In this document: positions 30,601 to 44,100 of the stretch, piece after piece
Numbering within the stretch: the first letter of the stretch is position 1
Layout of the letters: the number at the start of each line of letters is the position of its first letter
NCBI RefSeq assembly: GCF_009914755.1
Contig: NC_060928.1
Reading direction: 5' to 3' (one strand)
Source: the human T2T-CHM13v2.0 reference genome, Homo sapiens
Length of the DNA stretch: 64,000 nt
The notes under the pieces: model-generated
Database searches by the model: none
Told to the model about the DNA's origin: nothing
Seen by the model: only the letters and a program-made list of their open reading frames with translations
Translations under genes and position numbers: made by a program

Positions 30601-32678
30601 CTGAAAGCAACTGCTGTTTTTTGTTCTCCAAGTCTGGAACCCTTTTAAACGTTTACTTGCAGATAGCTTTTTTTGAGAGGAGGTGATTGAGGCAGCCATA
30701 TAATGGCTCCATAAAGGGAGAGTGGAGAGGTTTAGTGTTTGTGAGAAAGACTTGCTGGTTACCAGTCCTCAGTGAGAAAGGGTCTGCCTCTCCTGGTGCT
30801 ACACTGACCTGCACCTCATGAAGAGCAGGGAGCTCATGTTCCACTCTGAAATGTGATCATCTCCTAGTCCTAGCCTCTCTGGAGTGGAAATGATGAGAAT
30901 CCTTACTGCTGTTTTAGTCCGCTTGGTTGTCAAGACAGGGTGATATTTTGAGAAATGCTACCATTTTTTATATTGTCTGGAATAACGGGTTATCTTTTGA
31001 CTGGTGGAATCTAGTGAAGTTATTCCAACCACAGAATTTTTTTTTTTTGGGGGGGTGGATGGTTTTTTAAATTATATATTGAGTTTCTTCCATAGAAAAC
31101 AAATAATCAGAATCTATTTTTCTCCTGTAAAATGTAAGATGTATCCTTCATGGCATTTATGCATGTTTATTTCAAATACAAAATTACATGAATGCATTTA
31201 ATGCATAAAACATGTCTACTGGGATGCTAGGAGAATGACACTAATTTTACTGCCTTCAAATTTTTCCTGATGAGTTTTCTCAGGGAAGGATGAGTTATGG
31301 GTACTTAGATAGAACGGAAATATCTATGACTTATTCTGGTTACCTTCAAAGTAGGTTATAAAATAAGTATTCTGGACAGGACTTGCATCAACTTCCTATT
31401 TCTGTGGTAACAAATGAGCACCAAGTTACGTGCTTAAATTAGAGTGGTAGAGATCCAAAGATAGAAGTTGATTTCACTTAGACAAATTAAGGTGTAGTCA
31501 TAGTTAGATCTTATCTGGCCTTCCAGTGGACAGTCTGTTTCCTTGGCTCTTCTCCACCTTTTAGCAGCCCTTGATTCTTGGCTTTTGGCTCCATTTTTGG
31601 CTTCAGAAGCTGGGACATCCCGTCAGCTTCAGAGATGCTCTGCGTCTTGAAATCGGATTCTCATTCTGCTGCTTCCTCCATCTTCTGCTTTCTCAGTTGA
31701 ATCACCTTTGGATGACAAAGGACCTCCTGTGTAATATAGGAATAGTTCTGCATCTTAGCTGATTAGTGAGGTTACTTCCATCTGTCCCCTGACTTCCCCC
31801 TTGTTATGGCCCAAAACATGTTCACAGCTTCTAGGACTAGCATATGGAAACCTTAAGAGTTAATGAATTTGTGGCATTCAATGCCTCATTTGGAAATGGG
31901 CTGAGGAAGTACAGAGGAGGAGGGATGTGAAACCGAGGACATGGAGAGAGCAGCCATTAGAGGGGGTAGGATTGAGTTCCTCCTTTGTGGAGGTGACTGA
32001 GGCTCAACCCTGCTGGGGACCTTTGAGCCAAGAGTAATGCAACTCAGAATGTCCTTCTGGGGTGATATTCTGGTCATTGACCATCAACCTTACTAGTCAT
32101 TTTTTCCCTGCCCCAAGCCATGAATTTTTTTTGCTCAGCCAAAATATGGCTCTGCATAAAAGCAAGTGGACCTAGAGGATGAAAATATGGCTTGCGGCAG
32201 CCCAATCATTCAAGAAGGCAATGCCTGGATCTCCCTCTCAGATGGACAGGCTCTTCCCTACTCCATCTTCCTGGGATGGGGGCTTTTTCCCTCTGCTGGA
32301 AAAGATTTTCTTTCTGAGCTGGAAGAGATTCTTTACACACCCCTGCATTTCATTTACCCTTAACATCTCTCCCTCCCACAGGATGAGAAAAATCTGAGGA
32401 TAAAAAAATCAACTCATTCTTTAAATATAACAGAAGTTCATTTAAGTTTCATTCTTTCTCTCACACAAAGGGAGATTGTGTCTTTAAAGATCTAAAATTA
32501 GTGTTCCTTTGAATGTCAGATCTCTCATGTCATGAGTTCAATTGTAGAGGGAATGTACAAATCTCATTCCTTCAAGGGGATGTAGTAGAGGTTAGGGTGT
32601 GTTAGTACTCCATGTACATGTGAGTACTATACGTCAACCATTGCTTTTTTATTGCTGTATGCCCTCTCTTGCTGTAGC

Positions 32679-32991
32679 TTTTTTATTATTTTTTATTATA
32701 CTTTATGTTCTGGGGTACATGTGCAGAACAGGCAGTTTTGTTACATAGGTATACACTTGCCATGGTGGTTTGCTGCACCCATACTTCTCACCTGTATTAG
32801 GTATTTCTCCTAATGCTATCCCCACCCCCTGACAGGCCCCGGTGTGTGATGTTCCTCTCCCTGTGTCCATGTGTTCTCATTGTTCAGCTCCCACTTATGA
32901 GTGAAAATGTGCAGTGTTTGGTTTTCTGTTCTTGTGTTAGTTTGCTGAGAATGATGGTTTTCAGCTTCATCCATATTCCTGCAGAGGACAT
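32679..32991 (-). mobile_element. L1PA (about PA8) 3' end fragment
   Basis: T-rich tail followed by ATACTTTATGTTCTGGGGTACATGTGCAGAAC...CTCCCACTTATGAGTGA. Confidence 0.9.
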
Positions 32992-35900
32992 AGAGTTTTG
33001 TTACAATATTCTTTCTGTTTTTTGAGCTTTTGTGGACACTCTGTCATTTGTTCTTGATCAAATGGTGTTTTCTGTTGAAGAATTTATTTCTTGAACACTC
33101 CATGTCTTTTCTGCTGACTTGAATTCTAGTAACTCTAGCCAGTGTGACTGCCTTTCGATTAAACTTCTTAGGATTGAATGAGAAGAAAGGAAGAATGAGA
33201 TTGTCGAAAACGTTTCTCCCATGTGCAGTCACTAACAGGACTAACCCGTGTGCCTGGGTCAACCAGACACAGAATATTTACCTGTTTTGATTTCATATTC
33301 TTAAATCCTCTTGCCAGTGTCCTCACTATATCTTTGAGGACATCGACCCGAGCTCATTCACCTCTGGTGAAAGCTGCTGCCCAAGGGTATTTGGCTTTGA
33401 CATTGCCCACTTTCTTGTATAGTGTTTGGCTCTCATTATTCCAGCTGGACACAGCCTGGGTTATCCTTCGAGCCTTCTCTGCCTGACTCTCCTATTCCAT
33501 GTGTTCCTACGGAATTCCTTCCTAAGCCAAAGTATTTGGAATCGTCCAGGTAAAACGTTGCTCAACCTTATTGCTCTGGGGGTCATTGCCTGTATTTTTA
33601 CCTTCAAGGAAACCCCACTGGATATAGATTATTCGGGCAGTAGTTATGGGGGTCTGGGCTGTCATGGTTCTTCTGAGCACCCACATCCATGGGTCTCAAG
33701 TAGTCAATCTTCTCTGCATTGGGTTCCTTTTGTTATGATCAACAGTTTAAGGAATTGGCATCCTCACTGCTGTGCAGGGCTGGCCCTCTGGTAGATCCTA
33801 TTTCTGATAGACAAACTGTTCCCCTCCGCCCTAGTGGCCTCTTAGGCTTAGCTCCATATACATGGTTGCCTATAGGTCAAGACCCAGGTGCTTTGTCTTT
33901 GTGGAATCGCACTGATTTTCATTGTTGGAGTGCGTTGCATGGTGAAACTGAGGAATTGATCCACTAGGAAAACTTGCTCAATACTGTATGTTATAGGAAT
34001 AAGGTCTGTAGCCTTCTGACAAGTCACACTGCAGGGTGGCTATGACAGGCATCCTATTTCATTCTTTCCTGTCTCGGTGGCTTCCTCTTGTGCTGCCTAA
34101 GATTTGAGTTCTGTTTGGGGTTTATTCTCCAAGTTTTCACATTGTAGTTGTTCTGCATTCAGGGTCTTCCTAGAACTGAAAAGCAGATATGAGCATTTCG
34201 TGACCCTGTGAGCTGTCTAGCAGGATTCCAGATTTACTAGATGGGAATTCAACACTGAATATTTCAAGTCTTCTTTCAGTCCTTATGAAAGCCAATTGTC
34301 TTAATGTACTAAATTCCCCATTGGATTTGGATTAAAATTTGCATTCTATTAGACCCAATATTTTAGTTTTGAGAATTATCTAATGTAGAGATTAACTTGT
34401 CTGTTACCTAGTTCTATTCCCTATGATGTCTTCTGTGACTAGGATTATGGGATGTGCTCTGTGAGCAGGGTCCACAGACAATAGAACCACTTATCCAGGG
34501 CCATGGAACATACCTTAAATTCACATGCTAAGATTCTTATGCTTCTCCTTTCCATGCATTCATGCAACCCAGGAGGATGGAAATAGTTGACTGACTAAAA
34601 TGAATGTTTTGTGTCTTTGCCCTTTAAGATTTTGACTTTTCCTAATGCTTTCAGGTATTAGGAAATCTTCATTTTATATCTAACCACACTTTTTGTCCCA
34701 TATATTGTTACCCACTACTATGTTACATGCTGACTTATTTGTTTTGGTTTCATATCCTTATATTGTCTTGCTAATGTTCTCACTATATTTTTGAGGACAC
34801 CAACCACGTATTTAATATTATTTGATACTTGTCTTCAATTAGCGTATCTTCAGTTTTCTTAGATTGTTCCCTTGATGTGACATTCTGCATTGTATGAGTT
34901 CATGCTGTGGCTATTTTCCTTAAGCATAAATATGTATGGTCAACACCTGAGAAATATTTCAGTATTTGAAATATTTTTACAGGTGGCATCTACCTCAGCT
35001 GAAGAACTTTTGTATTTAACTTGATTTGCTCTTATAGCTATGATGTCTCTGGCATTGGTCCTTAAATTTTCTCCATATAAGAAGTTTAAATGTTGAAGTT
35101 AAAGTTGAACTTCCCGTGCAGGTTTTTCTTATAGATGTACTTGGCACCAACAGAAATATGATTTATCAGAAGGCTGGGATTCTGTGCTTACTGTGGGTGA
35201 CATGGTACTTCTCCTTGATATCCAGTGCCCACCTGGGATTTACCTTCTGCCCAAAGCCTGAGCAAGAGATTTTATGGGATTGAAAAGCAGCTGTTGGTTG
35301 TGTTTTCTAGACATTAGTCCTCTTTGCTTTGTTTTTGGAGATGTTCAAATAATCTTTGGAGACTGAGTTTTGTTGCTGTGTACCAACCCATATATCAAAG
35401 GGGAATACCCTCTCAAGCTCAACCACTCTTTTAGCAATAAGTCTAAACGACTTACCATGTCTTGCCCTTCTGTAGCTACCTTCTGTCACCTATGGTTTTA
35501 CTCATAACTCTGATTTTGAAAAACGTTGCCATCATGACCCTTGTCCTTGTTAGGAATTTCCATCAGTGTATGGAGAATGTCAACTCTAGATGTGGGTTGG
35601 TGGCCATAAGAAGCTGTGTGTTTATAGGATTTTTTTTTTTTTAAGAAATGGTTATAGAATTGACTAGGAGTCAGTAAATTCTCTTTGCAGGAAAAGTGAA
35701 AAGTCTTTGTGAAAAGTCCGTCCTCTTCCATATAAGCCAACAATCCTGCCCTGAAGAAATGAGGGTTATATCTCTCATCCCTACTAAAAGTTAGTAATAC
35801 TCATATTAGACACTGGTGTGACCTTAATACTGACATGTCTAATGAAGGGATGCACAGGAATGTCGTGCGTTCTGCAGTGGATTTCTCCTTCAGCTGCTTT

Positions 35901-38900
35901 GTTGCTCATCTTCCCTGTGCTGCCTAATCCAGGAGAGTCTACAGTGGTAGCTGATCTAGGGAGCATGCTGTAGAGATAAGCCATAATTATAAGCCAGTGT
36001 TCCAGTGATAATTCTCTTGGGAGATTGTTTCTGAGGTCTTGGAGGCTTGATGCTACAGGTGGAAAACAAGAGTAGAGTCAACCTTTGGTTTCCATGGGGG
36101 ACTGGTTCCAGGATTACAGGCTGATATCAAATCAGTGGATGCTCTAGTCCCTTATGTAAAGTGTCATAGTGTTTGTATATAATCTATGCATATCCTGTTG
36201 TATACTTAAGCTCATCTTGATATTATAATACCTACTAAATGTACATGCTCTGTATGTAGTTGTTATACTGTAGTATTTAGGAAATGACAAGGAAAAAATT
36301 TGCATGTGGTCAGTACAGATGTAACTATCCAAGGTCTGACTCCATAGTACATATCAGCACCAACATAGCATTTTCTTTAACACTTAGACAACTTTTATTT
36401 AGTGACCTGGATGTGTGTGTTAATACTCACCAAAACTTTGGTTCTTCCCTCCTGTTGCATCATGATGACGATGAATATTGTATGATGCCTACAGTCGCCA
36501 TGTTTTGTGGTAAAGTGATGTATGGTACTGTAGTAAGCCATAAGACAGTAGTCTAACTGGAACCCTGACATGACAGGGACCATCTATATCTGAAGAAACA
36601 GGTTCCAATTGCAGATGCTGATGGTTTATACGAGGCTCGATAGTACTGTCCATTTGCATGGAATATCTTTTTCCATCCTTTTAACTTTACGTGAGTCCTT
36701 ATGTGTTAGTTCACCAAGTATCTTGCCTTCAAGAGACTCACCTATCTATTGTCATTCTGTATCTCTTAAGTGAATCATTTAGATCATTTACATTCAATGT
36801 TTTGAGATGTGAGGTACTATTCTATTCATCATGCTAGTTGTTGCCGGAATACGTCTTTTTTTCATTGTGTTACTGTTTTATAGGCTCTGAGATGTGTGCT
36901 TTAAAAAGGTTCTGTTCTGGTGTATTTCAAGGTTTTGTTTCAAGATTTAGACCTCCTATAGCAGTTCAATTTAGCTGGCTTGGTGGTGGCGAGTTCTCTC
37001 AGCATCTGTTTGTCTGAAAAAGACTTTATCTTTCATTTATGAAGCTTAGTTTTGCTGGATACAAAATTCTTGGCTAATAATTGTTTTAAGGATGCTAAAG
37101 ATAAGACCCCAGTCTCTTTTAGCTTGTAGGATTTCTGCTCAGAAATCTGTTAATCTGATAGGTTTTCTTTTACAGGTTACCTGATGCTTTTGCCTCACAG
37201 CTCTTAAGATTCTTTTGTCTTGACTTCAGATAGCCTGATGACTATGTGTCTAAGTAATGTTTTTGTGATGAATTTCCTGAGCATTCTTTGAGCTGCTTGT
37301 GTTTGGACATCTAGATCTCTAGCAAGGTCAGTGAACTTTCCCTTGATTGTTTCCTCATAAGTTTTCCAAACTTAGATTTCTCTTCTTATTCAGGAACACC
37401 AATTATTCTTAGGTTGGTTGCTTAACATAATCCCAAGCTTCTTGGAGGCTTGCTTTTTTGCTTTTGTCAGATGGTGTTAGTTTGAAAGCCTTGTCTTCAA
37501 GCTCTGAAATTTTCTTCTACTTGTTCAATTCTGTTGTTGAAACTTCCCAGCATAATTTGATTTAAGAGTATCTTTCATTTCCAGAAGTTTTGGTTATTTA
37601 TGCTATCTTTCTCCAGAGATTTTTTGTCCATATCCTGTATTTTTAACATTTTTAAGTTTTCACCTTTCTCTGGTACCTCCTTGAGTAGCTTAATCAAGCT
37701 TCTGAATTCTGTTTCTGACAGATTTTTTCTTTGATCAGATCCATTGCTGATGAGCTAGTATGATCTTTTGGGGGTGTTAAAGAAACTTGCTTTGTCATAT
37801 TACCAGAATTGCTTTTCTGGGTCCTTCTCATTTGGGTAGACTTCTCCAGGGAAGATCCTGGGGTTCAAGGCTGCTTTTCGGATTATTTTATCGCATGCAG
37901 TGCTCCCTTGATGTGATGCTCTTCCCTTTCCCCTAGAGGTGGGGCTTCCTGAGAGCCGAACTGCAGTGATTGATGTTGCTCTTCTGGGTCTTGCCACCCA
38001 GTGGAGCTACCAGGCTCTGGGCTGGTACTGAAGAGTGCCTGCAAAGAGCCCTGTGATGTGATCTGTCTTCAGGTCTCTCAGCCATGGATACCAGAACCTG
38101 CACCAGTGGAAGGAGGAAGCAGGAAGGTGAAATGGACTCTGTGGGAGTTCTTGGTGGTAGTTTTGTTGAGTGTGCTGATTCTCTCGAATGCTGGTTATGC
38201 TAGCAGTGAAGTTGTCATGTGGACGGACTCAGAACCTCTGGTTAGCCAGGATGTTACGGGTGGTGAAATCAGCAGTTTTCTCCTTTCTTGGAGTAGGACT
38301 GTGCTGAGTTGCTGTAATTGCTTGAGTTGGTTGGCCTCCAGCCAGGAGGTGGCACTTCCAAGAGAGCATTAGCTGTGGTAGTATAAGTAGTTACAGGGGG
38401 AATACAAGCTTGCCCTAAGGTTGCCTGGATAAGTGTTTGGGTTTCTCAGGTGATGGGCAGGGCCATAAGGCTCCCAAGAGCTTCTGTTTTAAGCTACCAG
38501 GGCAGGTAGAGAAAGAGCATCAGGTGAGTGCAGGGTCAAGCATGTCTGAGCTCAGACTCTCCTTTGGCAGGACTTGCTGTGGCTGCTGTGGGGGATGGGG
38601 GTGTGGTTCTCAGGCTGATGGAGTTATGTTCACAGGGGGATTATGGCTGCCTCTGCTGTGTCATACAGGTCACCAAGGAAGTGGCGGAAAGCTGTCAGTG
38701 ACAAGCCTCACCCAGCCCACATGCAGCCACCAACTCCAGTCTCATTCCCACTATGCCCCACCAACAGCACCAAGTTTATATCCAGGCCCCCAGTGTACAG
38801 GGCAGAGATCTTGCTACAGGCTACATGCCTCCCCACTGAGAAAGCAAGCAGGGCTTTCAGGCCCCACCCCTCATCACCTTCCCAGGCTTCTGTGTCTGTA

Positions 38901-38901
38901 T

Positions 38902-40248
38902 TGTTACAGGTAATGAGACAGGCATGAGCAGAGCAGGAGAGGCCTCTTCCACCCAATAGGAATGTCAGGTAATTGTTTGGCAATGATCACATCACCACTC
39001 TAAAAGTGATAAATTGGCAGCAGGTGCCAGGAAAAGGCCATTTCCTGATGGTCCACACCTGTTGCACTAAAGTGTTAATTGAATGCAGGAACCAGGGAGA
39101 AGCAGATTCCCTGTGGCATATGTATTAGGAGACAAAATGGTGGACTAGGACCTTCTGGGATGTCAGGTTCACAACTACACAAAAGGTCATGTTGAGGTCT
39201 GGAGGGGGAGTGGGTGGATGAGCAGAAAGAACACTCGGGGCTGTAGACAGGTGAAGGATTTTATTCAGTAGTAGCTCTCATCAACAGCTTTCTCACATTA
39301 GCTGTTTTACTCAGCTTACTTAAACTAGCTCTCTCATGAGCAGCTTTTCTTACACTGCCCACTTTTATCTTGGCTGTCTGCTCTGGCTCTGAGGTTCCTG
39401 CTGCCCCCATACCTGCAGCTGCATGGCCACCTCTCCCTTGCCTTCAGGGTCAGCAGTTTAACTCTTTACCTCTTTGGGCAAAAGCAAGCCACGCTGGGTC
39501 CTGTCTCCCTGCTGTCCATCTACAAGATGGTTCTCTGTCCATCTGCAAGATGGTTCTCTCTCTCTCTCTGTGCATCTACAAGCTTTGGTTCTCTTTCTCT
39601 GGGGGCCAGTACTCCCACCATGTCAAGCCATGTTGAGCTGAGCCAAGCCCCCAAGGACCCCCTGGGCAGCATCAGCAGGACACTTATACCTTCTACAGAC
39701 AATACTGGCTTTGAGCCAAGTATGAACTTACACAAACAGGTTATATAACAAATGGAGATATGCGCTTGTGCACCAAGCTCACTGAATCATGCAGGCCTGG
39801 ATATCCACCTTGACTTACTCCTTGACCAAATCACAGCCATTACCTTACACAGGGGTATACCACTGGAAAAGGGAAGAAAGCCTCAAGTGGGCGCGCATAC
39901 AACTTCTGAAACGCACTGTGCATGTTCACAAGGGTAAGGAGGGCCCTGTGCATGCGGGCAGCCCACCCTAAGGGGAGAACCATGGGAAAGGGGCCAGCCT
40001 ACAAAGTCTTAGGATCAAGGTTAAACACAGCACTTGACCTTCACGTGCCCACTTGGGTCTCTTCCAAATGAACTTTTTCTCTCCTGCTCTAAAGCCTTTT
40101 TAAGCTGTCATTCCTGTTGTGAAAATTTTCCTCAGTCTCTTTCTGCCTATGCCCCTCAGTAGAATTCTTCTGAGGAGGCAAGAACTGAGGTTGCTGCAAA
40201 CCCATACAGATTTGCCACTGGTAGCTCAGATAACTTCCATAGGTAAGA
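38902..40248 (+). mobile_element. MER50-like ERV1 LTR, interrupted by LTR18
   Basis: GGCCATTTCCTGATGGTCCACACCTGTTGCACTAAAGTGTTAATTGAATGCAGG. TSD GTAT (38898-38901, 40249-40252). Confidence 0.85.
39161..39849 (-). mobile_element. LTR18-like ERVL solo LTR nested in MER50
   Basis: Reverse strand begins TGTAAGGTAATGGCTGTGATTTGGTCAAGG...GGATATCCAGGCCTGCATGATTCAG and ends GAACCTGACA. Flanks CTGGGA / CAGGGG form a degenerate TSD. Confidence 0.75.
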
Positions 40249-40728
40249 GTATCTGTACTTCCCATTTGCCACCCTCAGCCCCCTGATTCTGCCCAGGAAA
40301 ATGTGTGTGCAAAGTTATCACAAAGTTCAGTTGGAAGTCTCCTTTTCCCTGCGGTCCTTCCCCAATTCTGCTGGTAGCCTTCCCCCAAGGAACCCTGTGA
40401 GATAAAGTCAGAAATGGCTTCCCTGGGGACCAGGAGTGCCCACAGGGCTCTTCCCACTGCTGCTCGTTTTTATATTTTGCTCAGCTCTATTTTAATTCTA
40501 GGTAAGGTTAAATCTTTCTCCCATGATCTGTATTTTCTGGTTCTGCAGTGAGAGTGTGTGTTTGAAGGTGGACTTTCCCCATTCACACTTTAGGCACTCA
40601 GTTTTTCAGTTGTCTCAGAGTTTGCAGTGAAGAGCCACTTCTTTCAAAGGGTCTGAATTCTTTTGGTTTTCCTGGTAGATTCTGCAGTAGTTCTTGGAGC
40701 AAAAGTTCATTATGTGAGTCTCCACACA

Positions 40729-41133
40729 GTTTTTTTAAATAAGATTTTTATATGCATCTTAGGCATTTTTAACCTATTTGTCACCTGTGCTTTTGCGTAT
40801 ACTTTTGGAGTACTTCAGAGAACTCATGTTCAAGAATGAAGTGATACCAAAAGCAATTGTTTCAATACTCCAAGAAATCAGGCAACCCAGTTAATCATTT
40901 AGGGAAGAATCAAAAGATATGTATTTTATTTTTTACAAGTTATGGGGGTACAGGTGGTGCTTGGTTTCATAAGTATTTTAGTTGTGATTTGTGAGATTTT
41001 GGTGCACCCATCACCCGAGCAGTATACACTGCACCATATTTGTAGTCTTTTATCCCTCGTCCCTCTTCCATTTTTCCCAAGTCCCCAGAGTCCATTGTAT
41101 CATTCTTATGCCTTTGCAACCTCACAGGTTAGA
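40729..41133 (-). mobile_element. L1PB 3' end (40923-41133) with candidate 3' transduction (40737-40922)
   Basis: L1PB-type 3'UTR, A-rich tail, ~185 bp of unique sequence, then a second A-tail. TSD TCCACACA (40721-40728, 41134-41141). Confidence 0.7.
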
Positions 41134-44100
41134 TCCACACACTGTTCTCTCAATCCAAGTGGGAGCTGCAAGTTAGGATCTTCAAATGTATGAGATTGAA
41201 GCTTCATAATTGAAGATGCTGTAATTAGAAACATTGCCATAGGAAGCTGTTTTGCATCATCAACCAAATCTTGCCCTGGTCATTGGCATGTCGCTATCTC
41301 TCAGGGGACATGGAGGCTTCCTTCAGTCGAAGGATTTTCCTCCTGGATCATACCCTGCTAAACTTGCAACTATTGAGAAAATGCAAATATCAACTTGATA
41401 TATGGAAGAGCTTTAAACAAAAAGCGTGACTGACTATGGCTTTTAGTGTGCAGGTTAGGATATGGAATCCAAGGATAGAAGGAAAATCTTGCATGTGTTT
41501 AAAAGCCTGTGATCCTAGAGAGGTGTAAGTACTTGGGAAAGGCTAAGTTTAGACTATGTCTTTCCCCCTATAGAGCCTTAACTTTAAGTTTAGGAAACTC
41601 AGGATTAAGGAGGAATTGGCAGTGGTGTCCGGGGAGGGAGTGAGCAAGAATTACACAGTGCTGTGAGGAAGCTCAGCCCTCTGCATTGCACAAGATTTCT
41701 AATTTATTTCCCTTTGTATTTGTTTGCATTATAAGAGATGGGTAGGTAGCTTGTTCCTGATATGTGTGTAACTGGATACCTTCCTATTGTAGATCTTGAC
41801 TTGAGTTTATAAAATATTACCAAGGACCTTCTATTAGATGGACCTGCAGCCTTGCAGGGTGTCCCTTGGGTGAAGAAATGAGTATGTGCAGCCCTATCTT
41901 GGAGTCCTCTCCTTAGTCTGAGGGACACATTTCAATGGCCTTACATTTCTCCATCCCTAGAACTGTATGGTTGGCACAGTCTGTCAGGGATGACCACTGT
42001 GCTGGGACTTGACAATTTGAAGATGGATGTTGTCTGTCTCTTCTTCACACGTTCTTACCACTAGCCTTTGATAATGGGCACTGCCAGGCATCTGAGCCAC
42101 AATGAGTTTCTCTGGCTTTCCCCCGCATGACATTATGTAGCATACTGACCATGTGTGGTTATTTATAGATGTGTCCTCCATGAGGAAGTTCTACCTTAAA
42201 GCCTTGTTCAGTTGGTGAATCCCAGAATAGTGGGGGTAAGTTGGATATTGTCCTGAGACCTTGACAATCAACATGAATGAGGCTCTGTCTGCTTCTACCC
42301 TGAGCTTTGTTTCAAATCTCAAAACATGCCAATAGAATGCAGCCTCCTGCAAAAACCTGGAAAGCAGTATTTTTTGTCTGAAAGAATTTATAGTTCATTA
42401 GTATAAAGATAGAAACAAAGAGGCATTGGCCTGTGGTACTATTGGTGGGAGGTTTAAAATGATGAAAGCCTGTATATCCCATATCTGCTTTTTGTGCAAG
42501 GTTTGCCAAGTCATTTTTTAGGTATTAGCACAAATAACATTAGAATGTAGATTAAGGGAACAAAACTTAGACTCATATTAACTTGAATTAGACTATAACT
42601 TCAATTAGAGACTCTATGCTCCAACTTTTCTTCCTGATATGAGTAATTTGGCATTTTGATATTGGTCATTTGTGGTAATGAAAGAATAGTAGAGAGTTAC
42701 ATTGAACTATGAAATGTAACTTGTATATCTTAGTTTGGGTTCCCTGAACTTAGAATCTGAGCTCTATGCTTGGGTGTGTAACATTTTGGAAGTGGTATCA
42801 GGAAACCAGTAGCATGGAACAGTGAAAGATGGGGTGGGGATAGCAGCCTGGAGATGGGCAGAGCGTTGAGCAGGTCACTTCTGGGCTGTGTGTGGCTGAG
42901 TCCCGCTGGGAAAACTTACAGGAAATATTTCAAAATCACCTGAGAATGTGCTTCCTAGGAAACGGTTTATTCTGGGATCCACTCAAACTCTGATAAACCC
43001 ATAGGTTGAGGTTATTCTTCTCTCTGAAAAGCTGAGTTTCCTTTAGTGCCTTAGGCTGAACTGTCCCAGTATAATTGACAGAAAGCTCTAGGACAGTAAC
43101 CAAGTGATCACGGGAAAGGGTCTTGGTCAGGTGGGGCTGCAGGCATGGTTCTGTCCTCCCCAGCTATGCTGAAAACATCAGGTTGGCAGATGTTGAGCTC
43201 CGAGTCTCTGCCACGCATGCCCACTTTCCAGAAGATTCCCAATGTTCCTGGAGACTCATTTTCACTGGAAAGGGATGGCCTCAGTCCTACTGCAGTAGTC
43301 ATGTCCAAAGAGTTCCATAGCTGAAAACCATGAAACATCCATTATCTTGTGATGGTCTTTAGCTCCTTTCAGCCCTGTGGATTCTAATGAAGGCTGCTCT
43401 GGGAGGTGATGTCTTCTCCTTTGAAGCAGACACACCTAGATCAGAGGGAAGAATGAAATTTGTTTGATACCATGGTCCTGCTGCATTCGTTGCAAAGCCT
43501 AGCCCTTGGTTAAGCCTGTTTTAGAAACTAATGCCCAAATAAGGTGAGGGATTCCAAGGCTACTTTCTTTTCACTTTGTTGGCAGGTATCCATGGGTTGT
43601 ATGTGATCCTCATCCTGCAAACTCCTCATGGTCATAGCCAGGACATCCTTTAACTTGTCTGCATGATGCTCTTGTTCCCTATATGTCGCAAGTGGGCCCT
43701 TCCCATTGGAGTATTTGAGGTGATCCATGTGAAGTTGTTGTATTCCGAGTGTTGTAAAAGATACTTTGATTTCACTCCAGACATATCCACAGGCTGACGT
43801 TCATGAGCAATGCTTGAGCCTGGACTCTCATCTCAAGATTCATACATCTGGGCTCTCTCATCTTTAGCTCTTCAATATGCTATGGGATAATCTGCTGGGA
43901 TAGTCTTCAAGTTGGGACTTCCGATCAGTTTTGACAGAGGTAGAACCTTCAGCTGACAGCCTTCTTTGACCTGTTGATTTATTTCTTTGGTTGTGGTTGC
44001 TCTGAGAATGAGAACACATAGGTGTTTGAACCACATGTAAAGGGCATGGAAGGCGGCTGAGGCCAAATGTCTGAAGTCCTGACTACCCCCTACCCCCTGC

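Larger units (their letters stand above)
36646..41177 (-). mobile_element. L1PB-like element: 5'UTR, ORF1 and ORF2 start, 3' truncated, with nested insertions
   Basis: Reverse ORF1-type sequence (GATACAAAATTCTTGGCT...) at 36900-37800. L1PBa-type 5' end GTTCTTGGAGCAAAAGTTCA...CCACAC / GTGGGAGCTGCAAGTTAG. Confidence 0.8.

Noticed and set aside
38001-38983. 123-158 aa ORFs
   Set aside because: Lie within the L1PB 5' region and MER50; no recognisable domain.
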